Under the pieces are notes generated by a model, which was not told the DNA's origin, did not search any database, and was given only the letters and a program-made list of their open reading frames with translations. DNA of 20,496 nt from Promethearchaeia archaeon (GTDB lineage: Archaea > Asgardarchaeota > Lokiarchaeia > Sigyniarchaeales > SOKP01): positions 1-20,496 of the forward strand of contig JAWOCD010000044.1 in NCBI GenBank assembly GCA_046483985.1. The letters are read 5' to 3'. Shown piece after piece: positions 17,233 to 20,496 of this stretch. A program made the translations under genes and the position numbers. How positions within the stretch are numbered: position 1 is the first letter of the stretch; each line of letters opens with the position of its first letter.

Positions 17233-20200
17233 TTATGTTAGTTTTTCGTATTTCTTGGCCTTTTTCTTCAGACGCTTGACTTCCTTGGTCATCTTCGTCT
17301 TACCGAGTTTAAAGGTTTCGGAGGCTAAGGTGGCGGCTTTACTGAATTTTTTCGCCGCTTGTGTGTAATCCTCTTGTTTTGCCGCTTTTTTGGCTTCTTC
17401 TTCCAACCGTTCCATTTCTTCTTCGTGGGAATCCACCTTAATTATTCTGATTTTATCTTGCATTTCCATAAATTTCCCGGAAAGATCCCAACTGGTAGCA
17501 ATCATGGCGGCATTTTTCAAAATTTCTATTGCCTTCCCGTAGTTATCATCCTTTCTCTGTTTCTTTGCTTTTTTTGCGAGGTTCTTGATCTCCTCTTTTG
17601 CATCATCAGCGCTATCAAGCACAGAAGTCCCTGTTTTTGATTGAATGGACTCCGTTTTAATTTCGTGGCTCTCTTCTAAACTTGTGAAATATGCCTCTCG
17701 TTCAGCCGGTCCCATCTTGGCTAACTCCTCGACCACCGTTTCCTTTTCCTCTTCGGAGAGATTCGGTAACTTAGAGAGCCTTTGTTCAATTTGTCGGTAT
17801 TCTTGCTGAGAAACTTCCCGTTCTTCCAATTCGCTGATATCGATCGGCACCAAGATATTTTTTTCGCGTAACTCCTTAATGCCCAGAAAGATCTCATCGG
17901 TTCCTCTTTTGGATTTTTCTCTTGCCTCTTCCAGGAGCGTTGCAATAAAGAAGAAATCACGCTTTGAAGTCTCCACCAGATCGTTCGCCATCTTTAACAC
18001 CGCCTTGGAATGGGGACTTTTTAGTTCCTTTACTTTGGAAAACTTGTAGGTAACCTCGTGCGGAAGGATAATGGACGTGTTCAATGTCTCATCGACCAAT
18101 TTTCCCGCATCTCGGAATACATCAATCTGTCCTCTCCATTTGGGCAAGATATTGCTGTAGCGATCCTCAAATTCCTTGATAAACTCCGTTAAATGTTTAC
18201 GCAGAATGACCGAGGCTTGTTTTGCCAATACAAGGGCCACCCTGATATACTTTCCGTCCGCCAGGAGGATCATTTTATCGCCGTATGAGATTTCACTGAG
18301 CGCTTCTTTTGATTTCATCTCCCTGCCGAAGGTCGACACTGCGGTGATAAGACCCGATACCATCTCGGGATCGACCTCCTCAGAGGCAAACGATTTAAAG
18401 TAAATACACGTTCCCGAGCCCTTATATAGGACTAGGATATGCTCGAGGTTTATGGCATCATCGAACATCGTCTTGACTTCGGCCATCAATCTCTGTTTCT
18501 TCAATTTTCTGGGCTGAATTACCCCTTTATAGACGCCGACTGCGGCAAGCACTACGCCCGCGGCAACGGCGGCGAGAATGAGGTAAACCATTAAATCTTC
18601 CCACGCAATACCGGATTCAATAGATTCGACTTCAAGGTCGGCAAAAGTCTGAGAAGTTGCATTATAATAATATCCTGAATCCACCTCTATTTCAAGATCT
18701 AAAACCTCCGATCTGCTGGGAAGTGTAAATCCGAACTCAACGAGACCATTCTCATCGGTTATGCCCATGTCCGTCTCATAGTTCTCTCCGTTTATATAAG
18801 AGATAAGCCGAACCGATGCTCCCGAGAGAGTCTGCCACTCTTCAGTATCGTTTGCGCGATATTCTACCTTTAAGACAATGTCAAACCGTTCTCCTGCGGT
18901 AATATCCTCGGTTTGCTCTTGCACGGAAACTCTTACCTCATATTTAGAGATGATAGACACATTAAAGGTAAAGGTTGCATTCTGGTAATTCTTCTTCTCT
19001 GCGGTAAGATTGAATGTATAAAAGCCAGTCGTGAGATTGGAAAGGTTTAACGTCCCACTATGATTCCCATCGTCTTCTTTAGGTGTAAATGGAATTGTGC
19101 CGTTCTCTCCCGTCTCGTTCTTCACATAGGCCACATAATATGCATCCGCTTCGCCCACTATAAGTTCATCGGAAAAATCGGCATCCGTCATATTGAATTT
19201 GACCTTTAATTCTGCATCGTAGAAAATCTCATAGGCGTCATCATCCGTCTGATTCAACACATCGCCCAAGGGATCTCTCATGGAGATCAGGTTTATCTGC
19301 GACTCGTTGCCAATTAAATTGAAACTGAATGGTTCCACGCTCCAGTTGTAATTCGGATAACCCGAAATATTGAGTATGATATCATACCATCCAGAATCGT
19401 AGTTTTCGCTCTTCACACTGATGTTAAGCGAGTAATTTCCCCCTCCCCCATCTAATTCCTCTAAGGTCCAGTTATTTTGCCAATTATCTTGCGTAGCTTG
19501 ATTAATTACGGTAATATTTTCTGTTTTCAATCCCAGAACGGGTTTATCATTCACCGTGTCATTTACATGAAGGAAGACCTCTTGTGTCGGATCGTCCTTC
19601 CGGTACAACGACTGATTCCATTCGTGGATGGTAACGGCGGTCTGAGTTTTTTGTATGTCGAGCGTGAGACTGACATTTTGCGGGGCTTTTGCGACTTTCG
19701 AGACGGTGAAATTGTAGTCTAACGGGGAGTTAAGTACATTGACTTGACTGGTATTCAGGTGGATGGTATAGTTTCCCTCTCCAACTTCTTGAAAATGCGA
19801 TTGAATGGAGTCCGGTTTATAGTCTTCCGTAAGTAAAGCATCGGTTATGGGCGTTCCGTCTTCTTCTTCTTCTTCTTCGGTATAATTGAAGGTATAGGTA
19901 ATATTTTGACCTCTAATCGCAGAAAGGTCCGTTTCGGGTCCATCCAGAAATGTAGTAACCTCCTCAAGTATAGTAAGGTTAACTTCTTGGAATCCCGCTG
20001 CGGTTTCATTATTCCAGAGGGCTTGCACCCGAAAATCGCCAAAATCTGTCACATTCTCCGCAACATCCCACTCCGTTATATTTATCTCAGTGCCACCCTC
20101 GAACTCAGAGAGTTCTTTTGTGAAGTTGAGATGGTCGCTTTTATTTTCTGGACTATAGATGCTTAAATTAACATTCCCGCTATCGGTAGGGATAAACTGG

Positions 20201-20496
20201 GAAAATGACACATTAAATGTAACAACACTCGATTCGCTGGCATTTGTTATCTCTTCGGTCGTGCCTTCGAGGTACATATCAATCGACTCAATCAAGTTGG
20301 GCGAGGTGGCATTGAGGAACCAATAGGTGCCGTTGCCGGCGTTGTACACGGTGACATCGCGGTAGCCGTTTTTCGGATCGTATTTAGCGATATCATCCGT
20401 TCTATTTTCAGTGCCGTTCCATACCTCAATGTTCTTCCAAGAGGCGGGGATGGTGAAATTGATCTTTTTATTGGTAAACCCGTCTTCAAAGAAGTT
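17233..20496 (-). CDS. Large single-pass surface glycoprotein with cytoplasmic longin-like and helical-repeat domains (5' end outside the window)
   Basis: The frame is open to the window edge (NFFEDGFTNKKINFTIPASW...). It has an acidic, beta-rich ectodomain with many N-x-S/T sequons, a TM segment LMVYLILAAVAAGVVLAAVGVY, a longin-like region (ILVLYKGSGTCIY..DPEMVSGLITAVSTFG..FIKEFE) and a C-terminal K/E/A-rich helical region. Confidence 0.85.
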   Translation of the reverse strand, partial: NFFEDGFTNKKINFTIPASWKNIEVWNGTENRTDDIAKYDPKNGYRDVTVYNAGNGTYWFLNATSPNLIESIDMYLEGTTEEITNASESSVVTFNVSFSQFIPTDSGNVNLSIYSPENKSDHLNFTKELSEFEGGTEINITEWDVAENVTDFGDFRVQALWNNETAAGFQEVNLTILEEVTTFLDGPETDLSAIRGQNITYTFNYTEEEEEEDGTPITDALLTEDYKPDSIQSHFQEVGEGNYTIHLNTSQVNVLNSPLDYNFTVSKVAKAPQNVSLTLDIQKTQTAVTIHEWNQSLYRKDDPTQEVFLHVNDTVNDKPVLGLKTENITVINQATQDNWQNNWTLEELDGGGGNYSLNISVKSENYDSGWYDIILNISGYPNYNWSVEPFSFNLIGNESQINLISMRDPLGDVLNQTDDDAYEIFYDAELKVKFNMTDADFSDELIVGEADAYYVAYVKNETGENGTIPFTPKEDDGNHSGTLNLSNLTTGFYTFNLTAEKKNYQNATFTFNVSIISKYEVRVSVQEQTEDITAGERFDIVLKVEYRANDTEEWQTLSGASVRLISYINGENYETDMGITDENGLVEFGFTLPSRSEVLDLEIEVDSGYYYNATSQTFADLEVESIESGIAWEDLMVYLILAAVAAGVVLAAVGVYKGVIQPRKLKKQRLMAEVKTMFDDAINLEHILVLYKGSGTCIYFKSFASEEVDPEMVSGLITAVSTFGREMKSKEALSEISYGDKMILLADGKYIRVALVLAKQASVILRKHLTEFIKEFEDRYSNILPKWRGQIDVFRDAGKLVDETLNTSIILPHEVTYKFSKVKELKSPHSKAVLKMANDLVETSKRDFFFIATLLEEAREKSKRGTDEIFLGIKELREKNILVPIDISELEEREVSQQEYRQIEQRLSKLPNLSEEEKETVVEELAKMGPAEREAYFTSLEESHEIKTESIQSKTGTSVLDSADDAKEEIKNLAKKAKKQRKDDNYGKAIEILKNAAMIATSWDLSGKFMEMQDKIRIIKVDSHEEEMERLEEEAKKAAKQEDYTQAAKKFSKAATLASETFKLGKTKMTKEVKRLKKKAKKYEKLT

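Noticed and set aside
19861-19878. (GAA)6 poly-Glu tract in the surface protein as a phase-variation switch
   Set aside because: It is a trinucleotide repeat, so length change would not shift the frame.

Overview
AT-rich archaeal DNA, most likely Asgard/Lokiarchaeia. This is inferred from a roadblock–Rab-like GTPase fusion, a large glycosylated surface protein with a longin-like cytoplasmic domain, a Loki-type histone remnant, oligo-T terminators and a eukaryote-like SECIS. The left 4.7 kb is a decaying accessory region: a transposase pseudogene, a PARP/ART-like gene with a small partner, a PIN remnant, a hypothetical protein, and a mosaic of HEPN, BspA and ATPase fragments. Next come two divergent SERCA-like P-type ATPase paralogs, the GTPase, ADP-forming acyl-CoA ligase beta subunit, two convergent HEPN–MNT toxin-antitoxin pairs, an SDR epimerase with a membrane protein, and the 3' part of the surface protein. 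The best find lies between the two ATPases and was split by the ORF track: a 122-aa gene (8188→7820, minus strand) with a single in-frame UGA at codon 41, followed 4 nt after its stop by an AUGA..AAA..GA hairpin. It is a probable unannotated selenoprotein with a eukaryote-type SECIS. All family calls come from motif recognition by eye; no searches were run.
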